Positions 42,936 to 53,176 are shown, counted from the stretch's first letter. The stretch is DNA of 64,000 nucleotides from a bacterium (GCA_018653315.1 JABIAL010000037.1:1487-65486); one strand, 5' to 3'. Translations and numbers: made by a program. Notes: a model not told the origin generated them from the letters alone.

Positions 42936-45650
42936 TTAGTGAAATTTCTTAGCTTTTTCTATTCTGATTTGGCCACCTTTATCAAAAACTACTACATCAC
43001 GACGACCAATTTTGCCTTTTAACAAAAATGTAGCCAAAGCATTATCTACTCTGTCTTGAATAACTCGTCGTAAAGGACGAGCACCAAATACAGGATCAAA
43101 ACCTAGTTGTGCCAACTCAGTTTGAGCTTCATCAGTGGCTGTAAAAAATATTCCTTTCTCAGCCAAACGTTTTTGTACTTTCTTTAACATCAAGCCAGCA
43201 ATTTGAAATATCTCTGTTTCAGTCAAAGGTCTAAAGACAACTGTGCTATCAAAACGATTTAAAAACTCCGGACGAAAAACTCCTCCTAACTTTTCTTTGA
43301 TTAGTTCATCTTTAAAATCATCTATTGATCTATGTTCTTGAATTTGTTTTTGAATATAAGCCGTACCGGCATTAGAAGTAGCAACAATAATCAGATTGGT
43401 AAAATCAACAGTCTTACCAAAGGCGTCAGTTAAACGACCATCTTCCATTACTTGTAAAAAAACATTTAAAATATCCGGATGTGCTTTTTCAATTTCATCT
43501 AAAAGTAATAAAGCAAACGGCTTATGTCGCACTGCCTCGGTCAACAAGCCTGTTTGACCAGAACTAACCGAACCGATTAAACGATCCAGACTATTTTGAT
43601 TTTGATACTCTGACATATCCAAGCGAATCATGTTTTCTTCATCACCAAAATATTTTTCAGCTACGGTTTTTGCTAGTTCTGTTTTACCAACACCAGTTGG
43701 TCCTAGAAATAACAAAGTAGCAATTGGTCTTTTTTTGTCTCTCAATTCAGCACGTGCTCTTTGTAAAGCAGTGGTCACTTGCTTAACTGCTTCTTCTTGA
43801 CCAATCACACGTTGATGAATCTCTTCTTCTAAATTCAAAAGCTTTGACGACTCTTTAGTCGATAAACTAGTCAATGGAATCTTGGTCTTACGAGAAATAA
43901 GACCAGCCACATCTTCAGCCCTGATTAATTTATCTTGTTTTTTTATTTTACTAGATGCTACGGCTACCTCTTCCATAATGGTAATTGCCTTGGTTGGTAA
44001 ATATGTATCTGGTAAATAACGATCAGTTAAATCATAAATTTTCTCCAAAGCATTATAGGTAAAATAGATACCGTACTTATTCTCTAAACCACCAACATGT
44101 GACTCCATTATTTGAATAGACTGATTTTTGCCTGGCTCTGCTATATCAATTTTACGTAAAGCCTGACCGAGCTCTTTGCCCTCTAATTGTCTAACGTATT
44201 CTTGATTGGTAGTAGAGGCGATAACAATAATATTTTTATTACGGATTTCAGCGGCTAACACTTCAGACAAATCAATCCCTTCAGTGCCTTCTGAACTAAC
44301 TCCAACAAGATTATGAATATTATCAATAAACAAAATTATATTGCCAGAAAGAGCTGTTTCACTTAAAATGCCCAGAAATCTTTCTTCTAATTTACCGGTA
44401 CCGGTAGCACCAGAAATAAGCCAAGGAATAGAAATGCTAACTAAACGCTTATCTTGAAAGACAGTAGGCACTTCTTCGGCCATCATGCGATTAGCAATGC
44501 CCTCTACAACATTTGTCTTACCAACACCCGGCAAGCCTACTAAAACTACGCTGGCCATATCACTCTCCATGGTATTCATAATTTCAACAATTTCTTCTTC
44601 TCTGGCCACAGACAATGGCAAACGACCAAACTTAGCTGCTAGAGTCAAATCTGAAGAAAAATTATCCAACATTGGAGTGGCGATGGCAGTATAAGAACGA
44701 TTGATGCCTGACTTTGATCTAAATAAAGAACGGCCTCGATAACGACGATAACGATGACCTAATTGTAAATTGATATCTAACCAAGCAATGACATTGTCTA
44801 TTTTATCATCGTTAATTTTAAAATCATAAAAGAAATCCTTGATATCCTCATTGTGCTTGACTAAAGCTGCTAATAAATCTATTTCTTCAACTTGTTTAAC
44901 TTTTCGAATAACAGCCGCATGCCAATAAGCATTTAATAGAACATTTTTTAAGCTATCTGATAAATCTAATTTTTGTTTACGAGTCAACTTTTTCTTGGTA
45001 TTTTTTTTGACTAACTCGACTAAATTTTTATCAATAATCTGTTGAAGATTTGCTGCACCAACTCCCAAACGAGCCAAGACTACCTTAATGTCTTTATCAT
45101 TTAATAAAATGAATAATAAATGCCAAACAGTAGCTGGCCACATTCTTTTATGGTGAGCGTAAAGCCAGGTCTTATCTAGGATATCCTCTGTTTCTTGATT
45201 AAAGCTATTGGCAATATTATATTTAGTAAATGTTTCTTTATCACCTAATTTTTTGGCATTAATATTCTTGCGATGAGACGGTAAGGATAAGCGATAGTAC
45301 AAATACATATCAGCTATTACTAAAAGAGCTAACCAAATATTATCTACGCTTGGCGTAGTAAGAAAAGTCAATAGATTATGCGGATCAAATTCTACTTTAT
45401 CCAAAATATTATAAATAAACCAGACGCTAAAAATCGTAGTTAAAATTAATAGCCCGTTTATCAATAAATCAATAACTAGCCTTATTTCTCGAATAAAAAT
45501 ACTAGAACGATTGATTCTTTTATCCCAATATAAAAAATTGTTATCTTTAAAATAAAAACGTCCCAAGCTAAAACAAGCCTGACACTTTTTATTTATAATA
45601 GAGCCATGGCCACGACACTGATCACATTGTTGAAAACTTATGCCAGCCAT
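42936..45650 (-). CDS. Clp/Hsp100 AAA+ ATPase with N-terminal Zn finger and TM helices
   Basis: GLPGVGKT and GPTGVGKT Walker A motifs, DMSEY, DEIEKAH, RPEFLNR, GARPLRR. Confidence 0.9.
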   Translation of the reverse strand: MAGISFQQCDQCRGHGSIINKKCQACFSLGRFYFKDNNFLYWDKRINRSSIFIREIRLVIDLLINGLLILTTIFSVWFIYNILDKVEFDPHNLLTFLTTPSVDNIWLALLVIADMYLYYRLSLPSHRKNINAKKLGDKETFTKYNIANSFNQETEDILDKTWLYAHHKRMWPATVWHLLFILLNDKDIKVVLARLGVGAANLQQIIDKNLVELVKKNTKKKLTRKQKLDLSDSLKNVLLNAYWHAAVIRKVKQVEEIDLLAALVKHNEDIKDFFYDFKINDDKIDNVIAWLDINLQLGHRYRRYRGRSLFRSKSGINRSYTAIATPMLDNFSSDLTLAAKFGRLPLSVAREEEIVEIMNTMESDMASVVLVGLPGVGKTNVVEGIANRMMAEEVPTVFQDKRLVSISIPWLISGATGTGKLEERFLGILSETALSGNIILFIDNIHNLVGVSSEGTEGIDLSEVLAAEIRNKNIIVIASTTNQEYVRQLEGKELGQALRKIDIAEPGKNQSIQIMESHVGGLENKYGIYFTYNALEKIYDLTDRYLPDTYLPTKAITIMEEVAVASSKIKKQDKLIRAEDVAGLISRKTKIPLTSLSTKESSKLLNLEEEIHQRVIGQEEAVKQVTTALQRARAELRDKKRPIATLLFLGPTGVGKTELAKTVAEKYFGDEENMIRLDMSEYQNQNSLDRLIGSVSSGQTGLLTEAVRHKPFALLLLDEIEKAHPDILNVFLQVMEDGRLTDAFGKTVDFTNLIIVATSNAGTAYIQKQIQEHRSIDDFKDELIKEKLGGVFRPEFLNRFDSTVVFRPLTETEIFQIAGLMLKKVQKRLAEKGIFFTATDEAQTELAQLGFDPVFGARPLRRVIQDRVDNALATFLLKGKIGRRDVVVFDKGGQIRIEKAKKFH

Positions 45651-46018
45651 AAAACACGCAAATTATTAACTAATTGCATAATAACTACTAATGGTAATAA
45701 TACCCAAAATGCTAACAAACAAATATAGAGCACTGTTCCAATAACAAAAACCACGAAACGACTTATTAATAGGATAAAACGCATAAAAAAACTGATTGCC
45801 CGTCCAGCTCGATCATATTGACCAAACATAGGGCTAAGCAAATGCGTAATCATCACTTTCAAAGATAAACTGTATGCTAATTTTTTTACACTTCGCCAAA
45901 TATAAACAAATACACCTTTCAAACCTCTGGTGTACCACCAAATAGGAAAATACAAAATTTCCCCAATCAGATCAATGAAGAGAGTTTTAATTGTTTTGAT
46001 AAAAATATTTTCACTCAT
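45638..46018 (-). CDS. Hypothetical membrane protein overlapping the Clp gene start
   Basis: FPIWWY..G and PMFGQYD..GR motifs; 13-bp overlap with the Clp gene. Confidence 0.75.
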   Translation of the reverse strand: MSENIFIKTIKTLFIDLIGEILYFPIWWYTRGLKGVFVYIWRSVKKLAYSLSLKVMITHLLSPMFGQYDRAGRAISFFMRFILLISRFVVFVIGTVLYICLLAFWVLLPLVVIMQLVNNLRVLWLA

Positions 46019-46048
46019 CGTAAATATTATAGCATTTTTTACTACAAA

Positions 46049-46114
46049 TTGACAAAAAATATCAAATTATCTAATATAGAATAAACAAAGTTCATCATAC
46101 ACAATCTAGGAGGA
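46049..46114 (+). promoter_or_regulatory. sigma70 promoter, boxA-like motif and SD
   Basis: TTGACA-N17-TAATAT; GTTCATCA begins 12 nt later; AGGAGG. Confidence 0.65.
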
Positions 46115-46121
46115 TCAAAAA

Positions 46122-46319
46122 ATGATGCCCAGAATTACCACTAACGAAAATGGAGAACGAGTAGTGGTTGACGCTATGAGCGGCAAACGCTATCCTCCAG
46201 ACGAAGAGGGTATGATCTTAGCTCAAATTGATCTAAGCACAGTCGAAGAAGATAATGAGCCTGAAGATGAGGAATCAAAAGACAAATCGAATATTCCGAT
46301 TTTTCTAAAACCAAACTAG
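46122..46319 (+). CDS. Small acidic orphan protein
   Basis: Perfect SD, own promoter and terminator. Confidence 0.7.
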   Translation: MMPRITTNENGERVVVDAMSGKRYPPDEEGMILAQIDLSTVEEDNEPEDEESKDKSNIPIFLKPN

Positions 46320-46328
46320 GCTAAAACT

Positions 46329-46357
46329 AAAAGCACTTCATTTGACGAAGTGCTTTT
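46329..46357. terminator. Bidirectional terminator
   Basis: aaaagcacttc-atttgac-gaagtgctttt between convergent genes. Confidence 0.8.
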
Positions 46358-46361
46358 CTAT

Positions 46362-47468
46362 TTATAACTTATTATTTTTTATAGCTTTTCTTATTTCTAA
46401 CATCAAATCTAAATAAAATTTGAGATTATTCAAAGTTGCCAGTCGCAAGGCCAATGGCTCTTGAGTTTTAAATAAATGATGTAAATAGGATAATGAATAT
46501 TTACCAAATTTACCCTCAGCTAACAAAGTTTTGTCTTTAGCAAATTTGGCGTTAGTAATATTTATAGTTTTGTAGAAATCTTTTTTAGTGACACTTGGCT
46601 TTCCTTTCCATAAATACAATCTTCCGTGCCGAGCTTCTCTAGTCGGAATCACACAATCAAACATGTCTAATCCCCGCTTAACTGCCTCAATAATATTATC
46701 TGGATAACCAACTCCCATTAAATAACGAGGTTTATCGGCTGGTAAAACTGGCGTGGTATAATCCAAAACTTTATACATCACATCATTAGACTCACCAACA
46801 GCTAGTCCACCGATGGCTAATCCGTCCCAATCAAATTGCATTAGCTCATCAGCTGAGCGTTTACGTAAATCCTCAAAATCAGCTCCTTGAACAATGCCAA
46901 ATATCAATTGCTTCTTGATCTTAACTGATTTTTTATTTAATTTTTGTTTATAATTAAAAGCCATCTCAGCCCAACGTGTAGTTCTATCCAAAGCTTTAAT
47001 AGCATCCTGACGCTTAGCCGGCAAACCAATACACTCATCCAAAACCATCATAATATCAGAATTTAAAGCAACTTGGATATCTACTACCTTTTTTGGATTC
47101 AAAACATGTTTAGAACCATCAATATGTGAACGGAAAGCAATATTGTCACCATCTATCTTCCTCAAATTAGACAAAGAAAACACCTGATAACCACCGCTGT
47201 CTGTTAAAATAGGTAAATCACAATCCATAAATTGGTGTAAATTACCATGTTTTTTTATTACCTCCATCCCTGGACGCAAATAATTATGATAAGTATTAGA
47301 CAAAATAATTTCTGCTCCCAAATTTTTGACTTCATTAGCAGTTAAGCTTTTTAAAGCCGCTTTTGTAGCTATTGGCATAAAAAAAGGCGTACTGACTTTG
47401 CCACGGGCAGTAGTCAACACACCTAATCTTGCTTGTGATTTCTGAGAAGTTTTTAAAAGTTTAAACAT
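46362..47468 (-). CDS. tgt: tRNA-guanine transglycosylase
   Basis: TPFFMP, NTYH, TDSGGYQ, DEC, GIVQG, GGLAVGE, YLMGVG, DMFDCV.PTR. Confidence 0.96.
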   Translation of the reverse strand: MFKLLKTSQKSQARLGVLTTARGKVSTPFFMPIATKAALKSLTANEVKNLGAEIILSNTYHNYLRPGMEVIKKHGNLHQFMDCDLPILTDSGGYQVFSLSNLRKIDGDNIAFRSHIDGSKHVLNPKKVVDIQVALNSDIMMVLDECIGLPAKRQDAIKALDRTTRWAEMAFNYKQKLNKKSVKIKKQLIFGIVQGADFEDLRKRSADELMQFDWDGLAIGGLAVGESNDVMYKVLDYTTPVLPADKPRYLMGVGYPDNIIEAVKRGLDMFDCVIPTREARHGRLYLWKGKPSVTKKDFYKTINITNAKFAKDKTLLAEGKFGKYSLSYLHHLFKTQEPLALRLATLNNLKFYLDLMLEIRKAIKNNKL

Positions 47469-47479
47469 TTAAAAAATAT

Positions 47480-49288
47480 TTATTGAACAGTACCAATCGG
47501 TTCACTACTATCTGCCACTGCATCGGATGTTTTTAAAATCTTTGAGCGAACAATAACTTCTTCTTGTTGACCAACTGCTTTGGCTGTTACTGGATTTAAT
47601 AAAGTCATCGTTTGACCACGATCATCCTCAGTAGGTACAAGATCAATCATGAAAGAAGTGGTAACTGGTAATAGTAAATCTCCAAAAGCATCTAAAGTCC
47701 AAGTAATACTACGATCATCTTCATCAAAAACTAATCCTCCTTCTTCTACTTCTGCTTCATCAGCAAAAGAAACATTTGGTGGCAAGATAGTACTAACTGT
47801 AACTGTATCAAAATCTCCTGTGCTCTGTGGTAATGACCAAACAACTAAATATCCTGTTGTTTCGCCTACCTGTGGTGGTAATAAACCAGAACCTACTCTA
47901 CGACCACCTAAATGCCAATAAACTCCATTATTAAACCCCAAACTTTCACCAACTGTAATTTGAGAAATAGTCTGTAATTGTTCCCAGTCACTTAAACCAG
48001 CAACATTAATCATGATAATATTTTCAATCAAACGTTCCGGTTGCGGTTGATCTATTAATTTAACTTCCCAAGTAAAAGTTTTTGTTTCACCTGATGTCCA
48101 TAAAGTTAAAGCATCATCAACTTCGGTTGTCCAAATAATTTTTTCTCCTAAGTACTCACCAACTGTATCTAAGGTATCCCAAGATAATAAATCTCCAGTC
48201 AATAACGCCGCAATCTGGACATCGGCTATATCACTAGCGCTATCATTAGTAATTTTTAATTGATAACGTAAAGTATCATCCCAATCAGCTGTGATATTAC
48301 CCGAATTACCATTAATCTCTAAATCGATACTAAATTGTGGATTAACTACGATAACAGCATGCTCCTGCCGAGAAAGTCGACGAAAATCATCATTAACTAC
48401 TTTACCAATCTCTGCTACTACTAATTGATCAACTCGACTATCTATAGAAAAATTACCTTTGATAACTACGATTTTTTCTTCTTCTGGCTCAAGTGAGCTA
48501 GTCCAAAAATCACCCTCTTTAGCTGGCGTGGTACTAGCTGTAATCCAATCGTCTGGTAACAAAACATCTAAGCTTATATCAACCAAAGCTTCTTTGCTTA
48601 AATTACGATAAACAATCTTTATCTCTTGCTCAGTATCAATTAATGTTTTATCAGCAGTCTCTATAGCCAACTCAATTTTCTGATCTTTGACTTTGGTTTC
48701 AACTGTATCTTTGGCTCTAAAATCAGAATGAAAATTAGCTGGCTGATAATCTAAATTAAAAGACACTGTTAATTCTTCATCTTTGGCACCAACTAATTGA
48801 CCTACGATTTCTATAGTCGCTGTACGACCAGGCTCTAAGTCTGTTAAGGTCCAAGTCTTAGCATTAGCATTATCTGGTTCAATCGTAGCCTGATCAAAAT
48901 AAAATCCAACTGGCCAATAAACGCTAAGTTCCATATTCGTCAAAGGTACTGTATCCAAATTAGTATACTCAACTACATAAGTCACTTCATCACCAGAAGT
49001 AATTTTAGCTGGACCAGTAGCCTGAAACTGCAAGCTAGTTTGATTTTCACCATTCATGTTACCGTTCCAATGCCACAAGCCAGCGGCAGCGGCAATGAAT
49101 ATTAAAAATAAAAAGAAAATCAAGCCACCTCTAGCTTTAGGTGCTTTTTTAAAAGTTCTAAATTCTTTTGGCACTTCTCTTTTTCGACCGCTTGATTTAC
49201 GTCGAGTAACTATAGGCGCTTCATAAGAATTTTTACGTACCGGTGATCTTTTAACAGAATCAACACTACGTTTTTTTACTTTAGCCAT
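47480..49288 (-). CDS. Membrane-anchored protein with repeated Ig-like beta domains
   Basis: Basic N-terminus, one TM helix, acidic beta-rich repeats, G.LPPQVGETT.Y...W. Confidence 0.7.
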   Translation of the reverse strand: MAKVKKRSVDSVKRSPVRKNSYEAPIVTRRKSSGRKREVPKEFRTFKKAPKARGGLIFFLFLIFIAAAAGLWHWNGNMNGENQTSLQFQATGPAKITSGDEVTYVVEYTNLDTVPLTNMELSVYWPVGFYFDQATIEPDNANAKTWTLTDLEPGRTATIEIVGQLVGAKDEELTVSFNLDYQPANFHSDFRAKDTVETKVKDQKIELAIETADKTLIDTEQEIKIVYRNLSKEALVDISLDVLLPDDWITASTTPAKEGDFWTSSLEPEEEKIVVIKGNFSIDSRVDQLVVAEIGKVVNDDFRRLSRQEHAVIVVNPQFSIDLEINGNSGNITADWDDTLRYQLKITNDSASDIADVQIAALLTGDLLSWDTLDTVGEYLGEKIIWTTEVDDALTLWTSGETKTFTWEVKLIDQPQPERLIENIIMINVAGLSDWEQLQTISQITVGESLGFNNGVYWHLGGRRVGSGLLPPQVGETTGYLVVWSLPQSTGDFDTVTVSTILPPNVSFADEAEVEEGGLVFDEDDRSITWTLDAFGDLLLPVTTSFMIDLVPTEDDRGQTMTLLNPVTAKAVGQQEEVIVRSKILKTSDAVADSSEPIGTVQ

Positions 49289-50009
49289 AAATAAATAATT
49301 TTAATGCTTGAGAAGGACGATCGTAAACTTCCTGATAATAAGCTTGCGAAGCTTGAAGCCATTCTCTATTTAATTGTTTGGCTATTGATATATCTAAAAC
49401 ATCTATCAACGGCCGAGATAATATCTCTCTTAAAAATTGTAACAGATCTTTACTCATTAACAAAGCATTGGCTGATCTATCCTGCATACAAACTACTCCC
49501 TTGCCTGGCAAATAAGCCCCACTACTTACTGAACAACCACATATAATACAATGATCTAATTGGGGATGCCAGCCACTAATGCTTAAAAATTTCCATAAAA
49601 ATGTACGCACTAATAGCATCTTCTGTTCATCAGTTAAACGCTTATCATTTAATAATACCATCATTTCTTCTAACAACTGAAATTCTTTCCAACGAGGCCC
49701 CGAGCTTGCTTCTCCTAAAAATAATTCTACTATGGAAGCTGCTAATGATATATTGCGTATGTTGGTCCTGATATTTTGATAATCTTTGATTAAATGTGTG
49801 CCAGCAACATGATCCATTTTACCGCGGCCAATCATTACTTTGACTTTAGCAAATGGCGGTAAATGTCCAGAAAGTTTACTGCTAGATTTAGCAGCTGCTT
49901 TAACGACCGCTGTGATCAAACCTTCGTGTGGAGTAAATAAATAGTATAACCTGTCCGCTTCTCGCCAAGTCCTTGTCCTCAATACAAATGCTTCGGTTTT
50001 GAAAGCCAT
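49281..50009 (-). CDS. recO: DNA repair protein RecO
   Basis: EAFVLR....EADR...FT..G; C..C Zn motif after GW.P.L. Confidence 0.9.
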   Translation of the reverse strand: MAFKTEAFVLRTRTWREADRLYYLFTPHEGLITAVVKAAAKSSSKLSGHLPPFAKVKVMIGRGKMDHVAGTHLIKDYQNIRTNIRNISLAASIVELFLGEASSGPRWKEFQLLEEMMVLLNDKRLTDEQKMLLVRTFLWKFLSISGWHPQLDHCIICGCSVSSGAYLPGKGVVCMQDRSANALLMSKDLLQFLREILSRPLIDVLDISIAKQLNREWLQASQAYYQEVYDRPSQALKLFIYG

Positions 50010-52955
50010 TTATTTCTTGTCCGCCTTTGGCGTGATTAATCCTAAAATAATCTCTTCACCATTAATCTTTTGAACCTTCTGTCTTTCTGGACTAGTATCT
50101 ACTTTTTCCAAAGATCCAGCTGAGGTGCTTTTTATAATTTCTTCTTTATACTTTTCTATTACAACTAATAAATTCTTTGATTCTGTTTGATAGGTCTCTA
50201 CTGGTTTATCTGCTGGTTTTAATCCTGATTCTTTACGTAAAACATTTATAAAACGAATCAACTCTCTTAATATTCCTTTTTCTTTTAAATCATCGGTTAA
50301 ATTGGTATCTAAAGATACTTTAAAATCATTTACTTCTGTAACAATCCAGCCATCAGCAGTTATCACATCATCTATTATCACTGACTCTACATTTAACTCA
50401 TCACTTAAAATATTCAAATAATCTTTATTTTTAGCTAAACCAGATTTATCCGCTACTTTTAAGGTAGACAAAGGCTGACGTACTTTGATGCCAGCTTCAG
50501 CTCGAGCAGCATGAACACTTTCAGCAATCTGACGAACCATATCCATTTTAGCTAAAACTTCTTGATCTATTAATTTCTGATCAGCTTTCATCCATTCTTC
50601 TAAATGAACAGATGTTTTATTATCAAACTCCTGCCAAATAATATCCGCTGTCATTGGTGTAAATGGAGCGATCAATTTAGCAAATTGTTTTAAGATGAAC
50701 GCCAAGGTCTCAATGGCTTGTTCCTTGTCTTTCAAATCATCACCTTTGAAACGATCACGACTACGTCTTAAGTACCAGGTAGATAGCTCATCAACAAAAT
50801 CAAATAAAGGACGAGTAGCTTTAACTAGATTATATTCTTTCATTGCTTCTGTCACCTCTTGATGCAATTTATAAAACTTAGCAACAATCCATTTATCTAA
50901 ATCATTATTTAATTTTGCTAATTTATCTCCGTCTATTTTAGCTTCACCTTTAAACATCTGATAAAAACTAAAAACATTTTGTAGTAAGCCAATAAAACGA
51001 CGATAAGTAGTCTGTAAATCTTTTTCTACAAAAGAAAGATTCTCAGCCAACATCACCGGAGAAGATAATAAGTACAAACGTAAGGCATCGGCGCCATATT
51101 TTTCCATTATGTCATTTGGATCTGGATAGTTTTGTAATTTCTTGGCCATTTTCTTACCATCTTCAGCTAAAACAATCCCATTAACAATAACATTATCAAA
51201 AGCTTGTGAACCTTTAATGGCGACAGCTAAAATATGCATGTAATAAAACCAAGCTCTAGTTTGATCTAAGCCTTCAGCAATAAATTTGGCTGGAAAGTTA
51301 TCATTAAACCTATCTTCGTTTTCAAATGGGTAATGCATTTGAGCATAAGGCATTGAACCAGAATCAAACCAAGTATCCAAAACATCCGGCACCCGTTTCA
51401 TAGTGCTGCCACCTGCCTGCCGGCAGGCAGGCATTGAACAAGCAAAGGTGATTTCATCAACTATATGTTTGTGTAAATCTGTTACTTTTTGACCGCTGGC
51501 TTTTTCTAAATCGGCAACCGATCCAAATACTACTTTTTCCTCACACTTATCACACTCCCAAATTGGCATCACGGAAGCCCAAAATCTTTGACGAGAAATC
51601 GACCAATCACGAGCTCCTTCTAGCCATTTTCCAAAACGGCCTTCTTTAATATGATCTGGAGTCCAATTTATATTCTTAGCGGTTTTTTGGGCCTTGTCTT
51701 TGACTTTAGTGACTGCTACAAACCAAGATGAAGTGGCATAATTCAATAATGGAGTTTCACAACGCCAACAATGAGGGTAGCTATGCTCATATTTTGTTTT
51801 ATCAAATAGCAAACCCTTAGCTGCTAAATATTTAATAATAGCTACGTCTGTAGATTGCACATCGTCTATTGGTTTGACGTGCAAACCCTTAAAATCTGTG
51901 ACTTCTTCTTTGATAATCCCATCCATGCCAAGATGTTGCACAAAAGGCAAATTTTTTTCTTTGCCTAATCTCATATCATCTTCACCAAAAGCAGGAGCGA
52001 TATGAACCACGCCCGTTCCTTCTTCAGTAGTCACAAAATCAGCCGTTACAATCTGCCAGCCATTATTTACATTTTCTGAATCTTTATCTTTAGAGTAATA
52101 ATCAAAAAGTGGCGTATATTTCTGAGCAATTAATTTCTTACCTTTAAATTCTTCGACGATTTTATACTCACCAAATTTATCTGCAAATTCTTCTAATAAT
52201 TCTTTGGCTAAGATAAATTTTTCTTTTTCTGATTCTACTTTTATGTAATCAATATTTTCTCCGACAGCCAAAGCAACATTACCAATCAAAGTCCAAGGAG
52301 TTGTCGTCCAAGCCAAAACATATGTGCCTGGCTCATCAACTAACTCAAACTTAGCAGTCAGTGATAAATCTTTAATATCTTTGTAGCCTTCAGAAACCTC
52401 TTGTTGAGATAAAGTAGTTTCACAACGAGGACAAATATGCATCGAGCGATAATCTTGATAAATCAAATCTTTATCCCAAAGCTCTTTGAATACCCACCAA
52501 ACAGATTCCATATATTCTAAATCCATCGTACGATAGGCATTTTTCATATCTGCCCAACGTCCCATGCGAGTGACAGTTTTCTCCCATTCAGCAACATAGC
52601 TCAAAACTTTTGAACGACAAAGTTCATTAAACTTAGCCACGCCCATTTCTTCAATCGCTTGTTTAGATTTGGAACCAAGTTCTTTTTCGACAATATTTTC
52701 CACTGGCAAACCATGACAATCCCAACCCCATTTTCTCTCCACTCTATATCCTTGCATAGTCCAAAAACGAGGGACCACGTCTTTCATGATATTACCTACT
52801 AAATGTCCATAATGCGGAGTTCCAGTAGCAAATGGAGGCCCATCATAAAAAAGATAATCACCATTAGGCGCTGGTTTATCTAAAGATTTCTGAAAAGTTT
52901 GATCACTTTCCCAAAAATCCAATATTTCTTTTTCCCGATCTTTGAAATTAGTCAT
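50010..52955 (-). CDS. ileS: Isoleucyl-tRNA synthetase, type 2
   Basis: DGPPFATG.PHYGH, GWDCHGLP, WTTTPWT, DWSISRQR, KMAKK. Confidence 0.97.
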   Translation of the reverse strand: MTNFKDREKEILDFWESDQTFQKSLDKPAPNGDYLFYDGPPFATGTPHYGHLVGNIMKDVVPRFWTMQGYRVERKWGWDCHGLPVENIVEKELGSKSKQAIEEMGVAKFNELCRSKVLSYVAEWEKTVTRMGRWADMKNAYRTMDLEYMESVWWVFKELWDKDLIYQDYRSMHICPRCETTLSQQEVSEGYKDIKDLSLTAKFELVDEPGTYVLAWTTTPWTLIGNVALAVGENIDYIKVESEKEKFILAKELLEEFADKFGEYKIVEEFKGKKLIAQKYTPLFDYYSKDKDSENVNNGWQIVTADFVTTEEGTGVVHIAPAFGEDDMRLGKEKNLPFVQHLGMDGIIKEEVTDFKGLHVKPIDDVQSTDVAIIKYLAAKGLLFDKTKYEHSYPHCWRCETPLLNYATSSWFVAVTKVKDKAQKTAKNINWTPDHIKEGRFGKWLEGARDWSISRQRFWASVMPIWECDKCEEKVVFGSVADLEKASGQKVTDLHKHIVDEITFACSMPACRQAGGSTMKRVPDVLDTWFDSGSMPYAQMHYPFENEDRFNDNFPAKFIAEGLDQTRAWFYYMHILAVAIKGSQAFDNVIVNGIVLAEDGKKMAKKLQNYPDPNDIMEKYGADALRLYLLSSPVMLAENLSFVEKDLQTTYRRFIGLLQNVFSFYQMFKGEAKIDGDKLAKLNNDLDKWIVAKFYKLHQEVTEAMKEYNLVKATRPLFDFVDELSTWYLRRSRDRFKGDDLKDKEQAIETLAFILKQFAKLIAPFTPMTADIIWQEFDNKTSVHLEEWMKADQKLIDQEVLAKMDMVRQIAESVHAARAEAGIKVRQPLSTLKVADKSGLAKNKDYLNILSDELNVESVIIDDVITADGWIVTEVNDFKVSLDTNLTDDLKEKGILRELIRFINVLRKESGLKPADKPVETYQTESKNLLVVIEKYKEEIIKSTSAGSLEKVDTSPERQKVQKINGEEIILGLITPKADKK
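51412..51431. repeat. Perfect 20-bp palindrome inside ileS
   Basis: cctgcctgccggcaggcagg; identical at 54359-54378, variant at 53202-53222. Confidence 0.9.
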
Positions 52956-53022
52956 ATTTACAGTATTTCTGATTAATTAGTAAGATTTATTCTAGCCTAA
53001 AAGCATATATTTTACAATATTT

Positions 53023-53044
53023 ACCTTTCGGCTACGCTCAAGGT
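53023..53044. repeat. REP-like hairpin (intergenic)
   Basis: acctttcggctacgctcaaggt. Confidence 0.65.
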
Positions 53045-53053
53045 GATTAAAAG

Positions 53054-53176
53054 TCAAAAAAATATGGAATATAAGCTATGCCACCAATTTTTTTTGGTCT
53101 TTTTACATAACCTGGGCTGGTAAACCCTATGTTTACACTTGGCTTTAACAAAAATTTTGTCTAGTTTCTTATGCAT
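53054..53176 (-). CDS. Possible 40-aa basic small protein
   Basis: MHKKLDKIFVKAKCKHRVYQPRLCKKTKKNWWHSLYSIFF; A-rich start context like core genes. Confidence 0.35.
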   Translation of the reverse strand: MHKKLDKIFVKAKCKHRVYQPRLCKKTKKNWWHSLYSIFF

